Assembly: GCA_000993205.1 (NCBI GenBank)
Contig: LBVU01000002.1
Location: forward strand, 117,079 to 181,078
Source of the DNA: Candidatus Woesebacteria bacterium GW2011_GWB1_39_10
GTDB lineage: Bacteria > Patescibacteriota > Microgenomatia > UBA8517
Length of the DNA: 64,000 bases
Reading direction: 5' to 3'
The position numbers were made by a program, and so were the translations under genes. The notes beneath the pieces are model-generated. The model saw nothing but the letters and a program-made list of their open reading frames with translations, ran no database searches and had not been told where the DNA came from. Each line of letters starts with the position of its first letter. The first letter of the stretch is position 1. Positions 37,252-45,963 of the stretch are shown in pieces.

Positions 37252-38328
37252 TTAAAGACCTTTTGTTATCCTTATCTTCTTCAAAAGCCCGTTGTCTTCA
37301 AGGCACGCGCCACAACCCCGTACTACGCAAGTTAATGGGTCTTCAGCTATCCAAACAGGCATTTTAGTTGCCTCAGAAATTACTTTATCAATTCCCCCAA
37401 TGAGTGAACCACCACCTGCAAGTGTTATTCCTTTTTCCATAATATCGCTGGTAAGTTCCGGCGGAGTCTCCTCCAGAGTGTCGACTATATTCGCAACAAT
37501 TTCCTGGATAATGGTTGAAAGAGCTTCCTGAATTTCACCGCTCGTTAATTTGATTGATTTTGGCAACCCTGTTTCCAAATCCCTCCCCCGAACAACTGTA
37601 AATTTACCAGCAGGTTGATCCTTTGAAGTAAAGCCTGCAATTTCTATTTTTACTTTTTCGGCTGTGGGTTGTCCCAAAAGAAGTGAGTATTTAAGTCTGA
37701 CATAATTTATTATAGCCTCATCCATTTCATCTCCGGCAACACGGACACTTCTCCCGAGAACTATTCCGCCCAATGAAATTATCGCAATTTCGCTTGTTCC
37801 TCCTCCTATATCAACTATAAAATTGCCCTCGGGGCCTTCTATTGGCAACTTTGCTCCAATTGCCGCAGCTATCGGCTCTTCGATTAAATACGCTTCACGG
37901 GCGCCGGCATCGAGTGCCGCGTCCGCCACGGCACGCCTTTCCACATCCGTTACGCCCGAAGGAATTCCGATAACAACTCTTGGACGCGGAATTTTTGGCA
38001 TTATGGTTCCTGATTCGTGAACTTTCTGAATGTAGTGCTTAAGCATCGCCGCCGTTGCATCAAAATCGGCAATTACCCCGTCCCGAAGCGGCCTGATTGT
38101 TTCAATTGTTGCGGGCGCTCTTCCATACATCCTTTTTGCGCTTGTTCCGATTGCCAAAATTTCTTTGGTTTTTTTGTGACGCGCAACAGCCGAAGGTTCT
38201 CGTATTACAATACCTTTACCGCGGACGTAAACTAGAGTATTGGCCGTCCCCAAATCGATACCAATGTCATGCGAGAAAAGTCCCAAAAAGCAGTCTATCG
38301 GATTTACAAATCTAACAAAATTTCGCAT
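37252..38328 (-). CDS. mreB: rod shape-determining protein MreB (start taken at MRNFVRF)
   Basis: DIGIDLGTANTLVYV actin-fold phosphate-1 motif. Confidence 0.9.
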   Translation of the reverse strand: MRNFVRFVNPIDCFLGLFSHDIGIDLGTANTLVYVRGKGIVIREPSAVARHKKTKEILAIGTSAKRMYGRAPATIETIRPLRDGVIADFDATAAMLKHYIQKVHESGTIMPKIPRPRVVIGIPSGVTDVERRAVADAALDAGAREAYLIEEPIAAAIGAKLPIEGPEGNFIVDIGGGTSEIAIISLGGIVLGRSVRVAGDEMDEAIINYVRLKYSLLLGQPTAEKVKIEIAGFTSKDQPAGKFTVVRGRDLETGLPKSIKLTSGEIQEALSTIIQEIVANIVDTLEETPPELTSDIMEKGITLAGGGSLIGGIDKVISEATKMPVWIAEDPLTCVVRGCGACLEDNGLLKKIRITKGL

Positions 38329-38406
38329 CGCAACGCAGTATAACCAGTCATGCAAAATAATCAAATATCCAAATCTCAAATTACAAATAAATGATAAAAT
38401 GCATAA

Positions 38407-40524
38407 ATGATTAAATTACAAAAAATTATTTTCATTCTTTTTGCAATTCTTTTTTTCTTCGTTCCTTTAGTTTTGTGGCCGTATACATCTGAAGTTTTTG
38501 AATTTAACAAAATAGTCTTGGTATACATATTTACGGTTTTGATAGTTGCCGCATGGTTTGCAAGGACTGTCCTTGCACAAAAGATAATATTTCGTCGCAC
38601 AATATTAGATATACCACTTTTGGCATTTTTAGCTTCGCAATTTAGCTCAACCATTCTTTCGATAGACCCATCAACTTCTTGGTTGGGATATTATTCCAGG
38701 TTTAACGGCGGACTGCTTTCTACTATTTCCTATTCCCTACTTTATTGGGCCTTCGTTTCCAACTTAGACCGAAAACACGCCCTATATACTATATATTATA
38801 TACTTGCCTCCGCCTCGCTTGCTTCTGTTTACGGCGTATTAGAGCACTTCGGCATCGATAAAGCCCTCTGGGTTCAGGATGTTGCTTCCCGTGTATTTTC
38901 TACTCTTGGACAGCCGAATTGGCTGGCGGCGTTCCTCGTCGCGCTCCTGCCTATTACATGGGCTTTGGCGCTCACAAGATTCCAGATTCCACAACGAAGT
39001 TGGTTACGTAATTCCAGATTCTTGATACATTTCTTGCTTTCGATCCTATTTTTTTGGACATTAATATTTACCAAATCAAGATCGGGGCTTTTAGGATTTG
39101 GTGTAGCATTTCCGATTTTTTGGATGGGATATTTTTGGCTAAACCGAAAAAGTTTCTTGAAATGTCTTTCCCCTTTTGCCATTATTAGTTCTTCACTATT
39201 AATTATTAGTTTAATTTCCGGTACTCAATATACTCCCAACCTATATAACTTCTTAATTAAAACCAATAAAGGCTTGCCGGCCGAAACCCTGGTGAAGGCT
39301 GGGCCGGCTCTTGAAGTCGGTGGAACCGAGTCCGGTACTATCCGGAAAATCGTATGGCGCGGGGCTATCGAAATATGGAAACAGTACCCGATTTTTGGAA
39401 CAGGCGTCGAAACTTTTGCTTTTTCTTACTACCAATTTAGGCCCGTCGAACACAATTTAGTCTCCGAATGGGATTTTATTTACAACAAAGCACACAATGA
39501 GTACCTTAATCTCGCAGCCAATACAGGTAGTTTTGGATTAATTGCCTATTTAGTTCTTGTTAGTTTCTCGATATATCAAATGATTAAGAATTTACAATTT
39601 ACAATTTACAATTTACAAACAAATTCTAAGTTTGAAAATTTCAAAAATGAAAATTTATTGAAAATTGGTAATTGGAAATTGGTAATTCTCGGCCTCTTGG
39701 CCGGTTATACAAGTCTTCTCGTAACCAATTTTTTTGGTTTTTCGGTCGTTCCAACCCAACTCCAGTTATTTTTATTTCCGGCGATAGCGATTATTTTAGC
39801 TAAAAGTGAAGAGGTAAAAGTGAAAAGTGAAACGATAAATACCAATCAAAAAGTTCTAATTCTTATAACGCTCTTAGTTCTTAGTTATTCGCTTTTCGTT
39901 ATCGGCAAATATTGGTATTCCGATACTCTTTATGCCAAAGGTAAGGGATATAACAGCATTCAACGACCGGATGCCGCCATCAACTATTTAGTCCGGGCTA
40001 CTAATATGAAACCCAACCAACCACTATTTCACAGTGAGTTGGCAAACTCATACGCGGCCATGGCGCTTGCTCTTTATAACCAGAAAGACATAAATGGATC
40101 TAAAAAGTATGTCGATTTGGCAATTAGCGAATCAGACAAATCTGTTACCCTTTCTGCCTCTATGCTGAATTTAAAAAGATCGCGTTTTGGAGTATTCGTA
40201 GTGCTTTCAACTATAAATCCGAACCATCTTCTTATTGCCCAAGAAACTTTAATTGATGCTATAACATTTGCTCCAACCGATGCAAAACTTTATTACAATT
40301 TAGGTCTGACCTACGCAAGAACCGGCCAACCGGACCGCGCAATTGAAATTCTAATTAAAACAATCGGTTTAAAAGCCAATTACAGAGACGCAAGGCTTGC
40401 ATATGCATATCTCTTAATTGACAAGAACAAGAACACTGAGGCAAAAGAACAACTCGGATATATTCTTAAATCTATCGACCCCAACGATTCACTTGCCAAA
40501 CAGGCGCTTGAGAGCATCAAATAA
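38407..40524 (+). CDS. O-antigen ligase (Wzy_C) family membrane protein with C-terminal TPR repeats
   Basis: RKIVWRGAIEIWKQYPIFGTGVETF matches the R..W....P.GxGxG.F ligase motif; about 10 TM helices; TPR-like C-terminus; contains three in-frame oligo repeats. Confidence 0.75.
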   Translation: MIKLQKIIFILFAILFFFVPLVLWPYTSEVFEFNKIVLVYIFTVLIVAAWFARTVLAQKIIFRRTILDIPLLAFLASQFSSTILSIDPSTSWLGYYSRFNGGLLSTISYSLLYWAFVSNLDRKHALYTIYYILASASLASVYGVLEHFGIDKALWVQDVASRVFSTLGQPNWLAAFLVALLPITWALALTRFQIPQRSWLRNSRFLIHFLLSILFFWTLIFTKSRSGLLGFGVAFPIFWMGYFWLNRKSFLKCLSPFAIISSSLLIISLISGTQYTPNLYNFLIKTNKGLPAETLVKAGPALEVGGTESGTIRKIVWRGAIEIWKQYPIFGTGVETFAFSYYQFRPVEHNLVSEWDFIYNKAHNEYLNLAANTGSFGLIAYLVLVSFSIYQMIKNLQFTIYNLQTNSKFENFKNENLLKIGNWKLVILGLLAGYTSLLVTNFFGFSVVPTQLQLFLFPAIAIILAKSEEVKVKSETINTNQKVLILITLLVLSYSLFVIGKYWYSDTLYAKGKGYNSIQRPDAAINYLVRATNMKPNQPLFHSELANSYAAMALALYNQKDINGSKKYVDLAISESDKSVTLSASMLNLKRSRFGVFVVLSTINPNHLLIAQETLIDAITFAPTDAKLYYNLGLTYARTGQPDRAIEILIKTIGLKANYRDARLAYAYLLIDKNKNTEAKEQLGYILKSIDPNDSLAKQALESIK
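39589..39687. repeat. In-frame tandem repeats (CAATTTACAA)x3 and (GAAATTGGTAATTG)x2 inside the O-antigen ligase-like gene
   Basis: aatttacaatttacaatttacaaa 39589-39612 and gaaaattggtaattggaaattggtaattc 39654-39687. Confidence 0.75.
39798..39832. repeat. AAAGTGAAAAG-family tandem repeat in frame (encodes EEVKVKSET)
   Basis: agctaaaagtgaagaggtaaaagtgaaaagtgaaa. Confidence 0.75.
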
Positions 40525-40567
40525 CTTGAAATATCAGATTAATCCGATTCTCTGGTATAATTCGTAA

Positions 40568-41101
40568 ATGATCAGAAAGATAATTCAATCGGGTAACCCG
40601 ATTTTAAGACGAAAATCCAAAAACATTGCCAAGGTGGACAAAAAGGTTCAGGAGATAATCAGGGATCTGAAGGATACATTAAAGACCCAAAAAGAACCGG
40701 AAGGTGTGGGCCTGGCAGCTCCCCAAATCGGCAAGAATCTGAATATCTTCATTGCTAGCTACAAAAATTTTCAACGAGTGGTAATAAACCCTGAAATTTT
40801 GAAAATTTCAGGAGCTAAAAGTGAAAAGCTAAAAGTGAAAAGTAAGAAGGAAATACTCGAAGGCTGCTTGTCACTTCCTTATTACTACGGACCTCTAAAA
40901 CGAGCGGATAAAATCACCGTTAAATATCTAAACGAAAAAGGAGAAGAAATTACGGAAGATTTAGAAGGTTTTGATGCTCAAATAATTCTTCACGAAATTG
41001 ATCACCTTGAGGGAAAATTGTTCATCGACAGACTTTTTGAAGAAAAGAAACCCTTGTATAAAGTTGATGGAGATGAATGGGAAGAGGTGGAGCTTTCGTA
41101 G
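40568..41101 (+). CDS. def: peptide deformylase
   Basis: EGCLSLP and HEIDHLEG metal-binding motifs; def-fmt pair; carries in-frame KSEKLKVKSKK insertion. Confidence 0.92.
   Translation: MIRKIIQSGNPILRRKSKNIAKVDKKVQEIIRDLKDTLKTQKEPEGVGLAAPQIGKNLNIFIASYKNFQRVVINPEILKISGAKSEKLKVKSKKEILEGCLSLPYYYGPLKRADKITVKYLNEKGEEITEDLEGFDAQIILHEIDHLEGKLFIDRLFEEKKPLYKVDGDEWEEVELS
40813..40842. repeat. AAAGTGAAAAG-family tandem repeat in frame inside def
   Basis: agctaaaagtgaaaagctaaaagtgaaaag. Confidence 0.8.
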
Positions 41102-41107
41102 GAAAGC

Positions 41108-41192
41108 GACATCCTGAGGCGGCAGCCGAAGGATCCTGTCAATATTAAATAAGATTCTATCGTCCCGCGTTGCGGGACTCCAGAATGACAAG
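41108..41192. mobile_element. MITE-like palindromic intergenic element, copy C (85 bp, between def and fmt)
   Basis: gacatcctgagg...gaaggatcct...aataagattctatcg-tcccgcgttgcggga-ctccagaatgaca; imperfect TIRs GTCATCCTGAG / GTCATTCTGGAG. Confidence 0.65.
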
Positions 41193-41200
41193 ATAACATT

Positions 41201-42046
41201 ATGAAAATAGTATTTTTTGGCACACCGGATTATGTTCTTCCTGTTCTTACCACCCTTCACAAGAAGTTTGTATCTGGACCGGGAAAGTCCCCAATTGTTG
41301 CTGTGGTTACCCAAAGTCCCAAACCAACCGGCAGAAAACAATATCTAACGTATTCTCCGGTAGACAAATGGGCTCATGAACGCAAAGTTTTTACACATTA
41401 TTCGGCCGAGGAACTAATTGATGCCAATCTTGATACGGAGGTCGGGATTCTGGCCTCCTACGGACAGATTATTTCTAAAGAGGTAATAGATTTATTTCCC
41501 AAAGGAATACTTGTAATCCATCCGTCTCTTTTGCCAGCATATAGAGGCGCTTCCCCCATTCAGGCGGCAATTACAAACGGTGACACTCAAACTGGTGTCA
41601 CGATATTTAAGATGGATGAAAAGATTGACCACGGCCCAATCGTCTCTCAGTTTAAGGAAAATATTCACCTGAATGATACATTTGAGACTCTCCGGATACG
41701 ACTTTTTGAAAGGTCTGCAGAAGTTTTAGCAGAACTTATCGAACCTTATTTAAAGGGTAAAATTAGTTTAAAAACACAAGATGAAGGCGGTGCCACCTAC
41801 ACCAAAATCGTCAAGAGAGAAGATGGATTTGTTGATCTTAAAAAAGACAGTCCCGAGAAAATCGAACGATTGTCCCGTGCAATGTATCCCTGGCCCGGCA
41901 TTTGGACCTATTTGCCTAACGAAAAGCGCCTCAAAATCCTTAAATGCCACCTCGAAGATGGTAAGTTGATTCTTGATGAAGTCCAGTTGGAAGGCAAAAA
42001 TCCTGTGAGTTGGAAGCAGTTCACAGAGGCATACCCAGAGCCGTAG
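41201..42046 (+). CDS. fmt: methionyl-tRNA formyltransferase
   Basis: MKIVFFGTPDYVLPVL and HPSLLPAYRGASPIQ formyltransferase motifs. Confidence 0.88.
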   Translation: MKIVFFGTPDYVLPVLTTLHKKFVSGPGKSPIVAVVTQSPKPTGRKQYLTYSPVDKWAHERKVFTHYSAEELIDANLDTEVGILASYGQIISKEVIDLFPKGILVIHPSLLPAYRGASPIQAAITNGDTQTGVTIFKMDEKIDHGPIVSQFKENIHLNDTFETLRIRLFERSAEVLAELIEPYLKGKISLKTQDEGGATYTKIVKREDGFVDLKKDSPEKIERLSRAMYPWPGIWTYLPNEKRLKILKCHLEDGKLILDEVQLEGKNPVSWKQFTEAYPEP

Positions 42047-42281
42047 TGTGTTTTGGGGCCAATTTGCCGACATTTTTAAATTTACTAATACAGTCGGTAC
42101 ATAACTTCATTTGTGTCTTTTTACCATTGACCATAACAGCAATCTTTTGAAGATTGGGCGCAAAGGTGCGGAGTGTGACCTGGGCTCGTTTCTTCCAACG
42201 TTTACCTGCAACACCTCGGTGATGAGTGCTGGTTCTGCCTGAAACTGTTCCTTTTCTGCAATTGTCGCAAATGTAAGCCAT
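42021..42281 (-). CDS. rpmB: 50S ribosomal protein L28 (start taken at MAYICDNC)
   Basis: CDNC...C zinc-ribbon-like L28 pattern with FAPNLQKIAVMVNGK. Confidence 0.75.
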   Translation of the reverse strand: MAYICDNCRKGTVSGRTSTHHRGVAGKRWKKRAQVTLRTFAPNLQKIAVMVNGKKTQMKLCTDCISKFKNVGKLAPKHTTALGMPL

Positions 42282-42320
42282 TGAGAAATAGATTATACTA
42301 TACATTGAGGCTTAAATTCA

Positions 42321-42962
42321 ATGGAGTTACTATTAATTATTTTAGGAATAGCCGGACTTGCCTATACCATAATCATTCATGAGGTCGCCCACGGCTGGGT
42401 GGCCAATCGTCTGGGCGACCCTACCGCAAGATTAACGGGCAGGCTAACCCTTAACCCTATTCCGCATATTGATCCTTTGGGAACTATAATTGTCCCACTC
42501 CTTATGTATTTTTCCCCTGCGCATTTCGTTTTTGGTTGGGCAAAACCGGTCCCCATTGACCCATATAACCTCAAGAATCCAAAAAAAGATACTCTCCTAA
42601 TTGCCTTGGCTGGGCCACTCTCCAATATAATTCTAGCTGTAATTTTAGCCATCATTTTTTGGCTCATACCAATGCCACAAATCTTCGCGGATTTGGTCAA
42701 AACCATGGTCGGACTTAACGTAGGCTTGGCTGTTTTTAATTTGATCCCGGTCTCCCCACTCGATGGAGAAAAGATACTCGTCGGACTTTTACCTGACAAA
42801 GAAGCCAGAGAATTTGAATATTTTATGAACAAATTTGGATTCATTCTTCTTGCATTCTTAATATTCCCGATTTTTGGAGGCGTATCTCTAATATCCCCAA
42901 TTCTATACCCAATAATTAACTTTATATTGAATCTTCTAATACCGGGTTTCCCACGGTATTAA
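42321..42962 (+). CDS. site-2 protease family (M50B) membrane zinc metalloprotease
   Basis: IIIHEVAHGWVANRLGD HExxH in first TM, multiple TM helices. Confidence 0.8.
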   Translation: MELLLIILGIAGLAYTIIIHEVAHGWVANRLGDPTARLTGRLTLNPIPHIDPLGTIIVPLLMYFSPAHFVFGWAKPVPIDPYNLKNPKKDTLLIALAGPLSNIILAVILAIIFWLIPMPQIFADLVKTMVGLNVGLAVFNLIPVSPLDGEKILVGLLPDKEAREFEYFMNKFGFILLAFLIFPIFGGVSLISPILYPIINFILNLLIPGFPRY

Positions 42963-43586
42963 CTTTTTCACATTGACTTACATGGTACAATTATATTGAC
43001 CCTGTTAAAGAAGGATGCGGTCGGAATTTCCTGATCAAGTATATTCTAAAATGGGAGGACGGAGTCCGTTAAGTAATGCGCAAGCTAGCTTGATGGCAGT
43101 TCACCCACCTGGTTTTTCCAGGAATATCGCCGTACTTTTGATAGCAGGGTCACTTTTTTGCCTGAGAACAAAAACAGGGGTCAATCTTTTTCAAAACAAG
43201 GCACTTCGGCATTGTACAAGAGCGAAGTGCCAAAGAGGATATTATGCCTGTGTAAGTTTATTTAGGCTTTGGTTGCAGGAATCTCTGTCGGTGTACTGGG
43301 GAGGGAAGTTAGCTGTACTTGTTTTAATTGTACCTGCCTTTGCCTAGCTAATTCGGCGGTCCTGTAATCTAGAACTTTTTCCATATCTTGTTTGTTTTGA
43401 CCTTTCGGTTTTTTAATGGCCGTCTTGGACAGATCCGAAAGGGTTTGAGTACACCGAGGCGGCCATTTAAGATCTAAAAAGAAAATTTTTGTGTTTTTGG
43501 GTACAAAGGAATTCTCGCCGACACTTTGCGGAGGCGCAGGCTTTAGGCCGAGCCGGCCTGCCCTGCCGATCTGACTTCCATTTCAG

Positions 43587-43671
43587 TGCCAAGAGCAGGA
43601 TTCGAACCTACGTAGCCCTTCCGGGCGCCTGATTTACAGTCAAGTGCGTTTGACCACTCCGCCATCTTGGC
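43587..43671 (-). tRNA. tRNA-Tyr (anticodon GTA), class II with long variable arm
   Basis: Manual fold: acceptor GCCAAGA/TCTTGGC, anticodon loop CTGTAAA, variable hairpin GCCC-GGAA-GGGC, T-loop GGTTCGAATCC. Confidence 0.8.
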
Positions 43672-43673
43672 AT

Positions 43674-44306
43674 CTAATTCAAAAGGTCAGTAGCAATTAT
43701 ATCAATATCTAAAAGGATTTGCCTTAACAATCTGGTATCGTAATATCTTACATGGACAAGTCCGTACGGCATTTTCCCCACTTTTTCGGTTTTAAAATCT
43801 CTACGTACATATGGCTTAGAAAATTGTTTTTGAGGAATATTCAATTTCTCCGACCAGTATTCAATTAATTTGCCACTATTCTGATTGGAAAAACAGTAAA
43901 TATATACTCTCAATCGCTTTTCATTCACAAAGTAAATTTTTCTAAGCATTCTAGTAAATATTAAGAGCATTTTCTCGTTACTGTTAGCAAAATCGACAGC
44001 CGCTTTGTTTGCTTTTGACCCTTCGGCCCAGTATAGCGACAGCCCACTAATAAATAATTTTTGTAAGTTTATATCTAACTTATCTATTCTCTTAAAAGAC
44101 AGAGGGCTTCTCTCAAATTGAATTTTAATAGTTTCTGACGGTTTTCTTCTTTTGATTTTATTTCGCCTCATAAAACTAATAACTCTCCAAACAGAAATAT
44201 TATATTTCTGGGCAATTTCATTGGCACTCAAGCCGAACTTATTGTAAAGCTTCAATACATCAATCTTGTCAAGCATACCAGATCTATGGTATTCTCCACT
44301 TGCCAT
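43674..44306 (-). CDS. HTH DNA-binding protein, possibly LAGLIDADG-like homing endonuclease
   Basis: N-terminal HTH GLSANEIAQKYNISVWRVISFM; segment LFISGLSLYWAEGSK weakly resembles a LAGLIDADG motif; located between tRNA genes. Confidence 0.4.
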   Translation of the reverse strand: MASGEYHRSGMLDKIDVLKLYNKFGLSANEIAQKYNISVWRVISFMRRNKIKRRKPSETIKIQFERSPLSFKRIDKLDINLQKLFISGLSLYWAEGSKANKAAVDFANSNEKMLLIFTRMLRKIYFVNEKRLRVYIYCFSNQNSGKLIEYWSEKLNIPQKQFSKPYVRRDFKTEKVGKMPYGLVHVRYYDTRLLRQILLDIDIIATDLLN

Positions 44307-44402
44307 ACTGTCAACTATTCAAATTTGATATAATTCACACTACATGCAGGGATAAACAAGTTTCGTCTAACGACGTAAACAAAGTTTGTCCCAGCATTGC
44401 AT

Positions 44403-44474
44403 GCCGGGATAGCTCAACGGTGGAGCAACGCTTTTGTAAAGCGAAGGTTGAAGGTTCAAATCCTTTTCCCGGCT
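44403..44474 (+). tRNA. tRNA-Thr (anticodon TGT)
   Basis: Manual fold: acceptor GCCGGGA/TCCCGGC, D-arm GCTC..GAGC, anticodon loop TTTGTAA, T-loop GGTTCAAATCC. Confidence 0.7.
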
Positions 44475-44574
44475 CTTGGCAAACTTTCATTCCACCCACT
44501 CCGGCTGGGCAAAGTTTTGCATATAAACCGACTTCCATAACCACGTACACATTTTTTGGTATAATTGAGTCCGC

Positions 44575-44646
44575 GCCTGGGTAGCTCAGTGGTAGAGCAC
44601 CAACTTGGTAAGTTGGGGGTCGTGAGTTCAATCCTCACCTCAGGCT
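44575..44646 (+). tRNA. tRNA-Thr (anticodon GGT)
   Basis: Manual fold: acceptor GCCTGGG/CTCAGGC, D-arm GCTCAGTGGTAGAGC, anticodon stem CCAAC/GTTGG loop TTGGTAA, T-loop GAGTTCAATCCTCAC. Confidence 0.75.
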
Positions 44647-44666
44647 CAAAATGAAGTCTCAAAAAC

Positions 44667-45092
44667 TTACTTTTCCTCAATGGATCTCAAAACAACATAT
44701 TTGAGATCTCCTTCGTCGTCGTTCACCCTAACATAATCAACTCCGTGTATAACCGATTTCGCTCCCCATTCGTCCTTACCCCTCGGAGTTAGATTACCAT
44801 TTTGAAAAGTATGTTCAATTTGCATCAAAAGCTCTTTTGATTCTCCCGGTTTCCAAAGTGCTATATCAGCGTCAATTTCACCCTTCAAAAAAACCTGCTT
44901 CAAACTCTCGGCTATATTTTCAACCCTAGAACTATCTTTAACCGAGCCAACACCGCCGCTGGGCAATGTCACAGCTAAGGCCTCCGGGACTCTTAACCCC
45001 TCCTCCACAAAGACTTCATCTTTAACGGACACTTTTTTAAGCCATTCCGGGGTTGCCGTGTCAGACATATATTTATTGTATAACATGAACAT
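44667..45092 (-). CDS. hypothetical protein (141 aa)
   Basis: ORF only. Confidence 0.45.
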   Translation of the reverse strand: MFMLYNKYMSDTATPEWLKKVSVKDEVFVEEGLRVPEALAVTLPSGGVGSVKDSSRVENIAESLKQVFLKGEIDADIALWKPGESKELLMQIEHTFQNGNLTPRGKDEWGAKSVIHGVDYVRVNDDEGDLKYVVLRSIEEK

Positions 45093-45126
45093 TGCGGTAT
45101 TGCAAATTTAAGTATAAAATAGGCAC

Positions 45127-45312
45127 ATGGCAAAAAAGGGGGCGCGAGAACTTGTGAGCATGATTTGTTCCGTCTGTAAAAATCAAAATTACATTACAAA
45201 CAGGAATAAGGTAAATATGGATGTTAAAGGCAAAGGCAAGCTCCAAATCAAGAAATATTGTAAATTTTGCCGCAAATCTCAACTTCACAAAGAAAGCTCC
45301 AAACTAAAGTAA
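45127..45312 (+). CDS. rpmG: 50S ribosomal protein L33
   Basis: CSVCKNQNY...CKFCRK zinc-ribbon pattern and size typical of L33. Confidence 0.85.
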   Translation: MAKKGARELVSMICSVCKNQNYITNRNKVNMDVKGKGKLQIKKYCKFCRKSQLHKESSKLK

Positions 45313-45963
45313 GATTTTTTCTCCCAACTTCCGAGCCTCATTTTCAAAAAACCTAATCATCTTCTGCCTATCAAGTTTGATTTTCATTCTGGGAAAATCT
45401 TCCAATTCATTCACCTTGAGTAAGTTCTTGACCAACTCAACCTCAGAAATCTTAATATCAAACTTTATTCTGTGAAGATCCAACGCGCGTTTGAGCCTCC
45501 ATTTTTTACGCTTCGCGATTTCATACAAATCAATAAAATCGCGCGCTTTTTTACGAAGTAAAATTGTTTCAACCTTATTTGCATAAATATCTTTTATTGA
45601 ATCTATTTTGACTCCTCTGAAATAACTTGGTTTCCCGAGCTGTGGAAATGAATAATAGACAAAATCGATTATCAGCTCTTCTCCGTTATTCCACTTAAGC
45701 TTAAACCCGTTCACATTAGTTTTTAATCTTTCGATTGTTGTATAACCCAATTCCTTTTTGGAGCTAAAGATGAAGTTTGCAACATCGACAAAGGTGAATT
45801 CTTCCGTGGAAAAAAAATCCAAATCTTCGGAATATCGGTGATTTAAATAATAACCAGCAAGAGCGGTTCCACCGGTTAAATAGAAATTGCTAAATTTTTT
45901 GTTTTGACCAACCAATCCAAGTAGTTGCTTCTGTCTGGTTGTAAACCAGGTTCTTTTTTCCAT
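45304..45963 (-). CDS. AbiEii/AbiGii-family nucleotidyltransferase (type IV toxin-antitoxin / abortive infection toxin-like)
   Basis: FYLTGGTALAGYYLNHRYSEDLDFFS matches the DUF1814/AbiEii G-G...S-E-D-[IL]-D-F signature. Confidence 0.75.
   Translation of the reverse strand: MEKRTWFTTRQKQLLGLVGQNKKFSNFYLTGGTALAGYYLNHRYSEDLDFFSTEEFTFVDVANFIFSSKKELGYTTIERLKTNVNGFKLKWNNGEELIIDFVYYSFPQLGKPSYFRGVKIDSIKDIYANKVETILLRKKARDFIDLYEIAKRKKWRLKRALDLHRIKFDIKISEVELVKNLLKVNELEDFPRMKIKLDRQKMIRFFENEARKLGEKILL

Noticed and set aside
43015-43347. 110-aa plus-strand ORF as a protein-coding gene
   Set aside because: Cys/Arg/Trp-rich atypical composition in a GC-rich, stem-rich non-coding-looking region next to a tRNA. 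More likely ncRNA or spacer; reported as an RNA candidate instead.
42963-43586. Explicit call of RNase P RNA, tmRNA or SRP RNA
   Set aside because: Could not match the conserved boxes (GGAAAGTCCGGGC / CCGGCTTA, tmRNA T-loop plus tag reading frame, SRP GGAA tetraloop helix) by eye. Left as an unassigned ncRNA candidate.
44300-44680. Track ORFs 44300-44584 (+), 44335-44631 (-) and 44456-44680 (-)
   Set aside because: They overlap the two tRNA-Thr genes and have tRNA-derived, low-complexity translations. Artefacts.
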